From positions 2,232,001-2,296,000 of the forward strand of contig NC_081331.1 in the NCBI RefSeq assembly GCF_022539665.2: 64,000 nt of DNA, in the 5' to 3' direction. How positions within the stretch are numbered: position 1 is the first letter of the stretch; every line of letters begins with the position of its first letter. The translations under genes and the position numbers were made by a program. This DNA is from Daphnia carinata. Taxonomy: Eukaryota. Under the pieces are notes generated by a model. It saw only the letters and a list, made by a program, of their open reading frames with translations. It was not told the DNA's origin and ran no database searches. Shown one piece after another: positions 28,301-39,103 of the stretch.

Positions 28301-31300
28301 TTGTCTTCTCTACAAGATCCTATCTCAAAAAAAGAAAAAGAAAAAAAAATCATTGTTACGTTTCGTTCGCTTCTAAGGTCATTTGCATATCAGCTTCATC
28401 CATTCCGGGTGTGTATGTGTGTGTGTGTTGAGGGGTGAAGTTTCAAGTCGAACCAACGTACATCACATAGGCCTAAGTTAGAAAGAAGAAAAATAGATGA
28501 TGGGTCATCCATCACCACCGACTCGCTGGGGTTTCTGATTTAAACTGACGCCAATGGAGGTCGGTGGTATATTTTTTATGACGTTATATATTATAGACAA
28601 TAAGGTAATATATGAATTATATTTTTGTTTTCGCAATGTTTTACCGCCAGGACTTGGCCGTGCGGTAATTTGAACGAGACCAAACGCAGTTTTTGAAAGA
28701 AATCAACCGCACCTTTTTTTTGATTGAATTTTTGTTTCGAATTGAGTTTAGCGGATTGTTGCGTATCACATATTCCCACATGGTGACTTTCGTTTTAAAA
28801 TATATTTCACATCGTGTTCGTTCTCGCCATTTCGAGTGCAATGTCGCGCGCTCGCTCATCATCAACTTTAGCCGACCGCAGGTTTTAGATTGCTGAGCAA
28901 ACACGACATGACAGCCCACGTAGAGAATATAGACAGATAAATGGTGAGGTGGGGCAGCACTACACACACACACACACACACAAGAAGTTGCACTGTGTGA
29001 TGACGCTCTTCCATATCCAAACCGATGAGTAACAGCTTTTTTTTTAACAGCCATCATCATGTGGTTTTAGCGCCTTTTTTTTTTCTCCCATCGTTCCGTT
29101 TCCGTGAGCGGTTGAATATTGGGCCGTTCTCAAGCGTGTAACCATAAAAATAAAAATTTCAAATTGTAAACGAACAAAAAAAAAAAAAGAAAAGAAAATA
29201 GAGAACAGTCATCCATCAATGGCCGTCATTAGCGGCAGGATACATCGAAGAAAAAAAATCGATCAGATTAGAACTGGAGTTTAATTGAACAATTTGAAGC
29301 ACCCGGTTTTTAAAGCGTATTTCTTTTCCCCCCTTCTTTTGCAAGTGGTCAGTTGTTTTTCTTTATAGATATCTTCTTCCTTTTTATTTTTGTAAAAGTG
29401 ATGGCTCCCAACTGTGCGGAGCTCCTTTCGAAACGGCAGGCGGTCGATGGTTATATACGTATTTCAAGCGCTACCTGCCTTTTCTCTACATTTATATGGC
29501 CTGTGTGCACATTACCAATCTATAGATCTATACTGTGGTTAAATGATTGAGTCGGAAGCAGAGTCATAAATTTTGCTATTTGAAACACGGCTAGTCTTAG
29601 TGCTAAAACTGGTTAGAGCGTTTACCCTCTTCTACAACAGATCAAGCATCGAGTCTTAATGACGTAATGATCTGATAAGAAACAAAAGATTCCGTGAATT
29701 TATGTTGACATTCGTCGTCGTCCGTTCTTATTAGATAACACACGGGCATCGAAAAGCATTCCGACGGAATTAGAAAATCTTCTACTCAAAAAACGTTATC
29801 CAAAAAAAAAAAAAAAAAAAAAATGTAAGAGGTTTGTTATAACGAGATTCGACTTGGTTATTGCAATTGTACCGAAGGCGGCGGCACGGAGTCGCGACAT
29901 TTACATCCATGTCGTCGATTAAGGCGATAAAATATGATCATAGGGCGCGGTGTAGAAGAATAGTGTCGACCTCCAATCTCTGTTCAACATTTCGTTCCTT
30001 ACTTTAAGTACAACACAAAGAGTTGTAAAGAATATAGTGGCTTCCTCTTATAGTCCCCCGTATGGACTCTTCTCAACTGCGTGTGTGTTGCGTGTTGGGA
30101 ATGCTCTCCTTTACGACACCCACCGCACACAGTACCACCGACAAAAAAACAAGAAAAAAGGAATACATTTCTAAATGTTGAGGGGACGAAAAATAAAAAA
30201 CAAAAAAAAAAAAAAAAAACCGCGGCTATGAACGAACGATGCTCCTCCTCCTGAAGCGCATCACCAGCAGCACCTTTTCTCTCCCCCCTTTGCGTTTCCA
30301 AAAAAAATCCCTCCGGAAACCGTGACATTCGGTCGTTAGGTACTATATATAGTACACAGTATATATATATATATAGTTTTAAATTTTCTTTTTCTTTCCT
30401 CTTTTTTTTTCGACGTAAAAATAATATGTTTTTTAAAAAAATTCTTTTGGGATGTTTGGACGAATAAACTTCGTGCGTTTAAATAAATGTCCGCGGGTCC
30501 CTTTTTTGTTTGTTTGTTTGCCATGCGTTTTACTCATGTGTGACCTCTCCAACCGGAGGTTTGCGCTCAGGAGCTGGTATAACGTTGAAATGCTTTAAAT
30601 TGACAATCGTGATGATGTGAAGCCGAAATCATGTGACTGTCACGCTCGTTAGTTATGTAGGGTATGTGAATTTATAACAAACTGAGGACGTGCATGGCGT
30701 GTTTTTTTTCCAAATGAATTTTCTTGAACGGTTTTTGTTTTTTTTGTTTTTTTTGCGGGAGAAAGTCTTTTATTCTTTAATGTTTTAAGTAAAACATTTC
30801 CTTGTTTTGAGGTATTTTGTCGAGCGTGTCGTTCCTTTTCGCACGTTCCGATAAGCGGGCCGCCATAGACGTCCAGTATCCCGAGGCGCAATACTCCCGT
30901 TACCAACCGAAAATGTGTTAAACGATTTACAATCAACCCGCTTCGTTCGCAAGGGTTTCGAACAGAAGAAGAATTTCTATTTTCCATTGTTTTTGGAATT
31001 TAAAAAAAAAAAAAAGAAAAGGAAAAATTGGGCCCCACTCGAAAGAACTCACCGATTGAAATAGCGGAAAAAAAACAATAAAAATGAGTTTATTTACTTA
31101 ATGAATAGAATTCAGGTATGTTTATAGCCTGAAGGATTCTTACGCCTCTACAAAAGAGATTCTTTGAATTCTAAAAAGAAAGATGAAGAGGAAACCGGAT
31201 AAGTTCCCTTTTTATTTGAGATTGCCGGGTTCATTCCTAAGAACCAAAAGAAAAAATAATATTTGATTTTTTCCCCCTTTTTTTTTTCCAAATAAAAATT

Positions 31301-31751
31301 TTTTTTTTTTTAATGGACTCTCTACGTCACTATTAAAGAAACTTACGACTTTTTTCCAAGAGGTCTAAGTCTCCTCCAACCGGCTTTCCCTGATGGTTAT
31401 GAACATTTTTTATGTTGCCGTGCTAGTCGCCTCTCTCTCTCTCTCTTGCCTTGTGTCTATAAATGTTTCAACCCCACACCGGGAGAAGGGGGAGGGATGG
31501 ATACGAGCAGCTAAAAGGAGAAAAGAAAAACGCCATTGGTTCAGCTCTTACGGTACCCTCCGCTTGACAACCGCAGCCAGGCAAAAAAGAAATCGTCTCG
31601 TTATAAAAAGTAATAATAAAAATTCTTTTTTTTTTCTCGAGGGGCTGAGACAATAGGGAAAATAACAGCATCCCTCCCTTTGGAAAAAAAAAAAAATGGA
31701 GAAACAAAACGCGAGGATTGGACAAAAAAAAAACAAACAGAAAAATCAAAA

Positions 31752-31789
31752 TGGTCGGCGATCTAATCACATAATTGGATCGCCGACCA
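31752..31789. repeat. Inverted repeat, perfect 12-bp arms with 14-nt spacer
   Basis: TGGTCGGCGATC (31752-31763) and its exact reverse complement GATCGCCGACCA (31778-31789). Confidence 0.9.
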
Positions 31790-32657
31790 ATGGCTTCCTT
31801 CCAATAAAACAGAGAAGAACATGTTGTTCTATTTTTCCTGAAACAAAATAAAAAGCGCCATCTTTTCAACAAAAAATGTTCGTTTTACACAAATAGCTAT
31901 GAGGAGCCTCGCCCCGCTTTATTATCCAAAGTGACAGATAGGAAAAGAAGAAAAATGGTTGACTATATATAGTCGATCGTATCAAGCCCCGTCATCAGAC
32001 GACCATTAGCGTTTCGTATTTTCTTATCTTATTGAAAAGACATCAAAATGTTAAGAGGAGAAAGAATGAAAGAATGAAGAAAAAAAAAAAAAAAAAAAGC
32101 TTTTTCACCTTTTTCGGTAGACATAATTGGTCAAGAGTGATGCCGTATCTTACCGTTAAGAACATCGATGGTAGTAGCTGCCGCGCGACAAAACTGTTTG
32201 TTAACTTCCCCCTCAAAAAGAAAAGAAGATAAGAAGCGGCGAGGTGTTCTTACTCAGTTTGAAGGACGTGGGGGGGGGGGGGATGCACAAATGGCCCCGC
32301 CATCAAGTTCACACAATTGTTGTGTCCATCTCTGAAAAAGATGGGAATCAAAAGATATGAAAAAAAAAAAAAATCTAGTAGTCATGACGGTCTTGTTGGG
32401 TCACACTCGGCGCCTTGATCAATTACCTTTAAAATGTTGTCGCCTTCTCTATACAAAAAAAAAAAAAAAAAATGATGACGGTTGCGGCTCCCGGACCTTC
32501 CGTATTTTTTTTTTTCCTTCTTCTTTGTGTTGAGAAAATTGTAAAGAAAATAAAAAAAAAAAATTTGTGAAAAGAAGCTGAGCCGGACGACTCATCGTCG
32601 AGGGATGATCCTAATCATCCGCTAGAGCGCTCTTCACTTTTATTTCTTTTCACTAAT

Positions 32658-32662
<5 letters not shown>

Positions 32663-32690
<28 letters not shown>
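32663..32690. repeat. (GA)14 microsatellite
   Basis: Read directly. Confidence 0.95.
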
Positions 32691-32693
<3 letters not shown>

Positions 32694-34092
32694 CACACAG
32701 TGGATTTGTTCTTTGAAAGATGTTGATGACATTCTGAGAAAAAAATTTTCGAACAAGAAATCCGAGATGCGACTAAGATTTTTTTTTTTTTTTTGGTTGT
32801 TGTTGTTGAAGTTGAGTGCGGAGTCGGAACGCGAGTTGATATTCTTATATAATAATGTCCAGCCGACGATGGTAATCCGATATGGATTGGAAGATTCGTT
32901 TCGTTGTTATTTGTGTCCCTCACATTTTGAAATCTCATTTTTTTTTTTTTTAACAAATCCCAGATTTTTGGGTTGTGTTGGTTTCGCTAAGAGGGTACGG
33001 ATCAAATTCAAATCTCGGTTTCAGCAACAGAACTGCCGAGGTAGGGAGCGATGGCTTAAAAAAGCAAAAAAAAATGATACGAAGCGAAATGAGAATGTTT
33101 GAAATCGCTACTTGGGGCTAAAATGAATTAAGGCCAATTGAAACGTTTATTGATTCGTAGTCGCTTTTGAATGATAACCGCGGGACACGTTTCAAATGAA
33201 AGCTAGACGATTGGGGTGTGACTGTTGAACCTTTTCTTTTTTGTTGGGCGGGTCCGCTCTGGTTGATGCGGACAGAGTGTACATCTATGCATATTGCTCT
33301 TCTATTCAAACCTTTTTTTTTTTTTTATATTTCTTTTCTTCTTCTCTCTCAACGAGGAAAGACAGAGAGGGATGAATAAGAGTATGGCGGCTTCGGGGGG
33401 AATGGTATAAAAAAATAAAAAAAGAAGGGGGGAATGTTTTCGCCTTGTGCCAGGGCGTGTCCCGCCGATCACGCAACACACAGCAGACACTTCAAGTCTC
33501 GACGAATCCCATTGGCCAGTCTGGCCAATCATTTTCTTCAGTCGTTCTTATTTTCTTTCTTTCTCAGATGTAAACTCGTCTTCCCTCTCCGAAGGGATGA
33601 ATGTTATAAAAATAGGCAACGAGCACGAGATTTTCAGAGTCTGTAGCCCTTTACGCAGCGATATCAGGTTGAAGAGGAGAAATTAGACAAAAAAAAAAAT
33701 AAATATTGAGCGCAGCAGACACAAAGTGAGCGCGCCCACGTTGACCTTTTCGTCTCCGTCTCGACGAGCAATTAACGGTAATGAACACCCAACCGCTCGA
33801 TGGCCGTGGCGCGCGTTCCAGCACACACTTAGTCCTTTGCGCATGTAAGATGCTATACACAGTCCTCATCATCATTAAATCTCCCCTGTTTTTCCTTAAG
33901 GATTTTTCATTTTCTTTTTTTTTTTTTTTTTTTCGATCCTTCGATTCTTCTTCGAGTCGAAATCATTTTGATAAAATAGCACGATGAAAGTTGAAACAGT
34001 TTTAGTTGGATGAACGAAGAAAAGACCAAAAGACCAAAATGTTTTTCATTAATTAACGAACTGGAATTTTGTTATTATTATGGCAACATTAG

Positions 34093-34212
34093 GCACAAGA
34101 GGCTCAGGCAGCGGCGGCTGCAGCGGCGGCGGCGGCGGCCGGTCTGACGGCCGGCGTCCACGGTCTGCTCCACTCCAAATCGAGGCTGTGGCATTCGGAG
34201 AAAGACATTCTG
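34093..34212 (+). CDS. Sp6-9: Sp6-9 coding exon 2, poly-Ala exon (AQEAQAAAAAAAAAAAGLTAGVHGLLHSKSRLWHSEKDIL)
   Basis: A GC-rich 120-nt island in AT-rich intron, bounded by TTAG| (34089-34092) and CTG|GTATGT (34213). Exactly 40 open codons, phase 0 at both ends. It joins to give ...EKDIL-EHPGLRGTPLAMLAA. Confidence 0.78.
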
Positions 34213-36402
34213 GTATGTCCTCTTTTTCTTCTTCATTTCACTATTGCACATTTTTATTTTTTACCCCGACGTCGAAGCTTTTTTTTTTTTTTTGCTTACA
34301 ATCACCTGCTTTGCCCTATCGACAAATCACGCACTTTGTCATACGACGGACGTGTATAACGATTGACGCGTATGATGATTGCGTGACGACGTGAAAGTGC
34401 GGTGCTCTTGACGTTCGAACACGATAGAACTCGATTCAAAAATTGTGTGAAATAAAAAAACAGGGACCGCAAAATCAGTGAAGGGTGAACCGAAAAAGGG
34501 ACGGATGGTTGACAAACACCAAACCGTGTTGTCGTTTTCAAAAAAGAGTGGCCAAGGTTCATTTAGACCTGTCGCGGTTGCCAAGCACCTTCCATCGACC
34601 ACACCCATAATATCGGCACTAGTGTGTTCATAATAACAGAGGCCAGTTTGGAAGGGAGGAGGCAGATTTGTTCGAACAATCAACCTTCACGTGTCGTTCA
34701 AAACGAGATTACCATACGGAGTCCGATGAGTTTGCCATTGTCTTTTGCTCTTTCTCACACACACACAAACAAATGCGACAATTGTTTTGTTTTGTTTTTG
34801 ATAGCAAAAAAAGCCGCTTCATCTAGAAGGGCCATTGTTGTCAAACTGAAATAGACCTACCGCAGAGGAAGGCCTTTCTCCCTTGGTTGTCCTCATTTGT
34901 GATGTGATTAGTCGGCGTAGAGTATAGAGGCCAACCTAAGTAGGTGATTGACACTTGTCAATGTGAAGGGGGTCAACCATTTGACGAGCCGTTGAACGGG
35001 ACCACCGTGATTTTCAACTCGTTTTTTATTGACGATTTGAATACCATCGTGGACGGACGCTGTGATGTCATTGTTGAAAACAAAAGAACATCGAAACTTC
35101 CCCCATTTTTTTTTTTATTGCCATTCTTTCCTCGTGCTTTGAAAGCCTTTCTACAACACATCGACACACAAATGATGTGTATCAAGTTCATTACAGCCGG
35201 GGTGGTCTCTCTGAAACACACACACATGCATAGATTAAATGGCCTATAGCTCATTTTCATTTGCTTTTGAATATCCTCAAGGACCTATTTAGAGAGGCCA
35301 AGAAAAGAAAAAAAGGCTATACATATATCTCTCTTTTCTTTTCTTGACTGACTCGTTCCGTTCCATCTCCGCCCATATTTCTTCTTCCTCCTTTTCATTT
35401 TATATGCATGTGTTTAAGGAGGGAAGAAAAAGGCCTGCGGTATTCCTTTGAATTTCAGTCCCAGCTGAAAGAGGCCAGTAGGGAAAACTGGACAGCCGCT
35501 CTTGGGACACTTGTTTTATTATTATTATTTTTTTTTTTTTCATCCGGCCAAAGAGAGCGAAAACACACAGAGTTTTCCCAAGAAAAAGAAAAAGGGACCT
35601 CATCATTGACATGTATAATAGGGGCAACATGTAGGACGAAACATTTGAAATCGTCATCGCAGCGGCTTTTGTTTTATTTCTCTGATATTCTCTGAGGGAC
35701 CTTAACGGCAGATATGCAATGGAAGTGGGCGGAGGGGAAGGATGTATACTGGTATCTATCAAGACCCGATTTCGTTTGCCCTCCTTTCCTTTGGGTTTTT
35801 TATAGCGCGTTTGGTGGCCCTTTCTACCTTGAAGCCGCTAGTTCTTTGTCCTTCTCTCATCAAGAAGGCCGATGTGAGAACATCTCGCTAGTTGTATAGA
35901 CTCGCACAAGTTTATATGTGTACATAATTTTTTTTTAAAGGTAAGATGGGCCTGAAAAATACGAGAGGGGGGAAAATAAAAGCAAAGCAACCCAACACAA
36001 AAAGGCCGGACAAACCAATATTTGAACTTTGGCTTTTGTTCGCTCTGGATCCTCAAAATACGTTTTTTTATGACCTTTTAAGAATCTCCAGAAAGTTCAG
36101 AAGAAAGAAAGAAAAGAAGGGTGCCTTCGCATTGGACTGATGGCGGTCTACGATCGTATAAATTCTAATACGATGGGTCAATATCTCTCTATGGAGTTCA
36201 AACATTGTTGAAATGCTTAAACGACCGTTTGCCACCCTTTTGCGCTCGTTTTCAAACCAAATGATTACATAATGACGATGTGCTACTACTCTAAAAAGAA
36301 AAGATTTATCATTCCAAATCAGCTAGAAATAGCCCCAAATTCCAAAAGATAGAACACATTCAAATAATGGTTTTTTTTATTTTTAAATCATCATTTTTGC
36401 AG
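34213..36402 (+). other. Intron 2 of Sp6-9 (2,190 nt, GT-AG, phase 0)
   Basis: GTATGT donor; pyrimidine-rich tttttgcag acceptor. Confidence 0.75.
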
Positions 36403-37293
36403 GAGCATCCAGGATTGAGAGGCACACCGTTGGCCATGCTGGCCGCCCAGTGCAGCAAACTGTCGTCCAAGAGTCCGCCTCCATTGGCTGACGCTGCCGT
36501 CGGCAAGGGATTCCACCCGTGGAAGAAATCGTCGGCCGGAGGTAACAACACGAACGCATCCAGCACGACGGCCACAGCCACGAGCGGAAACAACACGTTG
36601 GCTACCTCTTCCGCATCGACCGGGGGCCTCAACAACAACAATAACAACAACGGCCAATTCAACGGCGTTCAGAACGGACAGGCTGGCCAGCGGCAGGCCA
36701 GCGCCACGACGACAAACACCAACACGTCGGCCGTAACGAGCTTGGGCGCTGCAACGGCTACGGGTCTGGGCATGGCCGGCTATCACCAGAGACCCGGAAT
36801 GGGAGCTACAGCGGCTGGTTCTTACGGAGGGGATCTGTACTTCAGCCATCCGCATCAAACAGCGGATATGTACCCAAGGACGGCCCACCATCCCTACGAG
36901 CAGGCGTGGCAGTTCCAGCAGCACGTCAAACAAGAAGCGGCCAGTGTCAACGGGTCCAGCTGGTGGGATATGCACCAAGCGGCAGCCGCTGGCGGATGGC
37001 TGGACATGAGCGGAGCTACGGCGATGCCGTCGCATCACACCTCGGCGATGCACGCGGCTGCGGCCGCCGCCGCCGCCTCGGCCGCCTACTCCAGCGACTA
37101 CTCGGCCTCGCTGGCTGCGGCCGGCAGCACGGCCCATTTGCTCTCGACTGGACAACACCTGCTGCAGGACACGTACAAATCGATGCAACAACACCACTCG
37201 TCCGTCACGGCACCTTTCGGCGTCGGTCTGGGAACGGCCGGACATCAAGCGACGGCCGCGTCCGTCTCTTCCGCCGCCACATCAGCCCATCAG
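36403..37293 (+). CDS. Sp6-9: Sp6-9 coding exon 3 (Sp box and N-terminal regulatory region)
   Basis: Acceptor tttttgcAG| at 36402 and donor CAG|GTAAAC at 37294. Encodes TPLAMLAAQCSKL (Sp box, 36424-36462), KGFHPWKK, HPYEQAW, SSWWDM..GGWLD and HLLSTGQHLLQDTYK, motifs typical of the Sp8/Sp9 (Sp6-9) clade. Confidence 0.96.
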
Positions 37294-37394
37294 GTAAACA
37301 CCTTCCTTCCATTCTAAATAGCTTTTATTTTGATTATTCCAAAACAAGAATTGTATGTACTAACGTCAAACATTCGTTGTTGATTGGTCGTTAG
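37294..37394 (+). other. Intron 3 of Sp6-9 (101 nt, GT-AG, phase 0) with consensus branch point TACTAAC at 37358-37364
   Basis: An AT-rich gap between two GC-rich coding blocks, with an in-frame stop at 37315-37317. Removing it fuses the Sp-box frame to the Btd-box/finger frame. Confidence 0.95.
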
Positions 37395-38255
37395 GTTCCG
37401 TCGCCTCGCTCGTCGCGTCGCTACACGGGCCGAGCCACTTGCGACTGCCCCAACTGCCAGGAGGCGGACCGTCTGGGCCCTGCCGGCGCCCATTTGCGCA
37501 AGCGCAACATCCACAGTTGCCACATCCCCGGCTGCGGCAAAGTCTACGGGAAGACGTCGCACTTGAAAGCCCATCTGCGCTGGCACACGGGCGAGCGTCC
37601 GTTCGTCTGCAACTGGCTCTTCTGCGGCAAAAGATTCACCCGCTCCGACGAGCTGCAGCGCCACTTGCGGACCCACACGGGCGAGAAGCGCTTCGCCTGC
37701 CCGGTTTGCAACAAGCGTTTCATGCGCTCCGATCACCTCAGCAAGCACGTCAAGACGCACAGCGCTGGCGGTGGAGGCGGAAGCGGCGGAGGCACCGGCA
37801 GCGGAGGCAGCGGTAAGGGAGGATCCAGCAGTTGCGGATCCTGTTCGGAATCGGAAGAAGGCGCCGATGATCGCGATTGCAACAGCCAATCTGAACCGCC
37901 AGGTAGCGTCAGCTCGCCCGGAGCCAATTCTTCCGTCAACAGCCCGACTCCGGTCCAGCAGCAGCAGCAGCAACAACAGCAGCAACAACAACAGCAGCAG
38001 CAACAGTTGCACCACCCCCACCATTTGCCGATCGTCGGCCACCATCCCCACCATCCGCACCACCACCATCATAATATGATGATGCTCCAGCATCACACGG
38101 ACATGCACCACCACCATCAGCAGGTTATGCACTCGCTTCACCATCCGCTGCATCATCATCATCAGCTGGGCATCGGTGGCCACCATCACGCCGGCCATCA
38201 CCATCACCTGGGAGTCGTTGATGCTGTTGGCGATCACATTAAATCGGGCCATTAA
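37395..38255 (+). CDS. Sp6-9: Sp6-9 coding exon 4 (Btd box, three C2H2 fingers, poly-Gly, poly-Gln, His-rich tail, stop)
   Basis: Acceptor gttAG| at 37394. Reads [23 protein letters not shown] (Btd box CDCPNC 37440-37457), then [83 protein letters not shown] (37512-37760), the Sp8/Sp9-type finger array. Stop TAA at 38253-38255. Confidence 0.98.
   Translation, partial: VPSPRSSRRYTGRATCDCPNCQEADRLGPAGAHLRKRNIHSCHIPGCGKVYGKTSHLKAHLRWHTGERPFVCNWLFCGKRFTRSDELQRHLRTHTGEKRFACPVCNKRFMRSDHLSKHVKTHSAGGGGGSGGGTGSGGSGKGGSSSCGSCSESEEGADDRDCNSQSEPPGSVSSPGANSSVNSPTPVQQQQQQQQQQQQQQQQQLHHPHHLPIVGHHPHHPHHHHHNMMMLQHHTDMHHHHQQVMHSLHHPLHHHHQLGIGGHHHAGHHHHLGVVDAVGDHIKSGH
37956..38006 (+). repeat. Coding CAG/CAA repeat, 17 Gln
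   Basis: 51 nt of mixed CAG/CAA codons in exon 4. Confidence 0.95.
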
Positions 38256-38644
38256 TTTCTCTTTATTACTATTATTATTATTAATATTATTATTGTTTTG
38301 GCGTGGCGTGGCGCCAAGTTTGAAAACAAAAAATGCAGAACCACTTTTGATTTTTCTTGAAGAAAAAAGACATTAACGGAAACCAAATTTGCATAAAGTA
38401 AATGTTGAAAGCACCAATTTTTTTTTTTTTTGGTTTTGTTTTAGATACCAAGCTTGCATTTGGTCCCCCTTCCTCCAACCGTCTCCGAAGGCAACGTTTC
38501 TTTGAATGTTTGCCTCTGCTCGCCTCGCCCCCCTGAATGTGAATATTTTTTCTTAACCTTAACTCTAAACTTTGTATGCATATGAATCCCCAAGAGCTGA
38601 ATTGAATGTCGAGACGTTGACAAAAGCAAAAGTTTGAAAAAGAA

Positions 38645-38679
<35 letters not shown>

Positions 38680-39057
38680 AGAAAGAAAATGTTTGCTTCA
38701 ATCGCGCGAACTTTGTGAAGGTTCGTCATCGCGTAACGTGAATTACAGATATTAAAAATATACTATATGTAAACTATACACACATTATTACCACCCAATC
38801 ATTGTCTCATGTTTACACCTGTGTTCTCGTATCGTGTAATTGTCCCATTTTGTACTTGGAACTGCCGACTCAATTTCATTTTCATTGTTTGTTTTCCCTT
38901 TTGTTCTTGTGCGTGAGTGGACGACTTTGAGCGATCGGCTTCACGACCACGACAAAAATTGAATTTGACGAAAAACAAAAAACAAAAAAAAAACTGCTGA
39001 CAGTGACAAATGAATCAGCCTATTATTAAAACGATTATATACATATTTTGATTTGAT

Positions 39058-39060
<3 letters not shown>
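38256..39060 (+). other. Probable 3' UTR of Sp6-9; candidate polyadenylation signals ATTAAA at 38751 and 39025 (first AATAAA at 39485)
   Basis: AU-rich sequence after the stop codon. Hexamers are read directly; the true 3' end is not determinable from DNA. Confidence 0.4.
38646..38677 (+). repeat. Genomic A32 tract in the 3' UTR region
   Basis: Read directly. Confidence 0.95.

Positions 39061-39100
<40 letters not shown>
39061..39100 (+). repeat. Genomic A40 tract
   Basis: Read directly; the longest homopolymer I saw in the window. Confidence 0.95.

Positions 39101-39103
<3 letters not shown>

Larger units (their letters stand above)
18232..34092 (+). other. Intron 1 of Sp6-9 (15,861 nt, GT-AG, phase 0)
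   Basis: GTAAGT donor and TTAG acceptor flank the inferred exons 1 and 2. No credible ORF inside. Confidence 0.7.
18145..38255 (+). other. Sp6-9: Gene model span (start codon to stop) of an Sp6-9 class zinc-finger transcription factor, 4 coding exons, predicted 652 aa
   Basis: Joining 18145..18231 (29 codons), 34093..34212 (40), 36403..37293 (297) and 37395..38255 (286 + TAA) through GT..AG phase-0 introns gives one uninterrupted frame containing Sp box, Btd box and three Sp-type fingers. Exons 3-4 are near certain; exons 1-2 are inferred from splice signals and frame. Confidence 0.85.

Noticed and set aside
34080..34394. 104-aa ORF MATLGTRGSGSGG... as an alternative first exon
   Set aside because: It is in a different frame from the poly-Ala reading. 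Splicing it at 34212 to 36403 puts the Sp box out of frame and reaches a stop within about 30 codons.
36367..36402. ORF-track start MVFFIFKSSFLQ for the Sp-box ORF
   Set aside because: This is the T-rich polypyrimidine tract and AG acceptor of intron 2 rather than a plausible N-terminus.
36391..38252. Long antisense ORFs (285 aa at 36391-37248 and 312 aa at 37314-38252) and alternative-frame ORFs over exons 3-4
   Set aside because: Shadow ORFs expected from GC-rich, codon-biased coding sequence. Their poly-Leu, Met and Val runs mirror the Gln and His codons, and they show no recognisable domain.
38459..38480. TTTGGTCCCC... resembling the 5' part of miR-133
   Set aside because: The match breaks after about 10 nt and I see no flanking hairpin arm.
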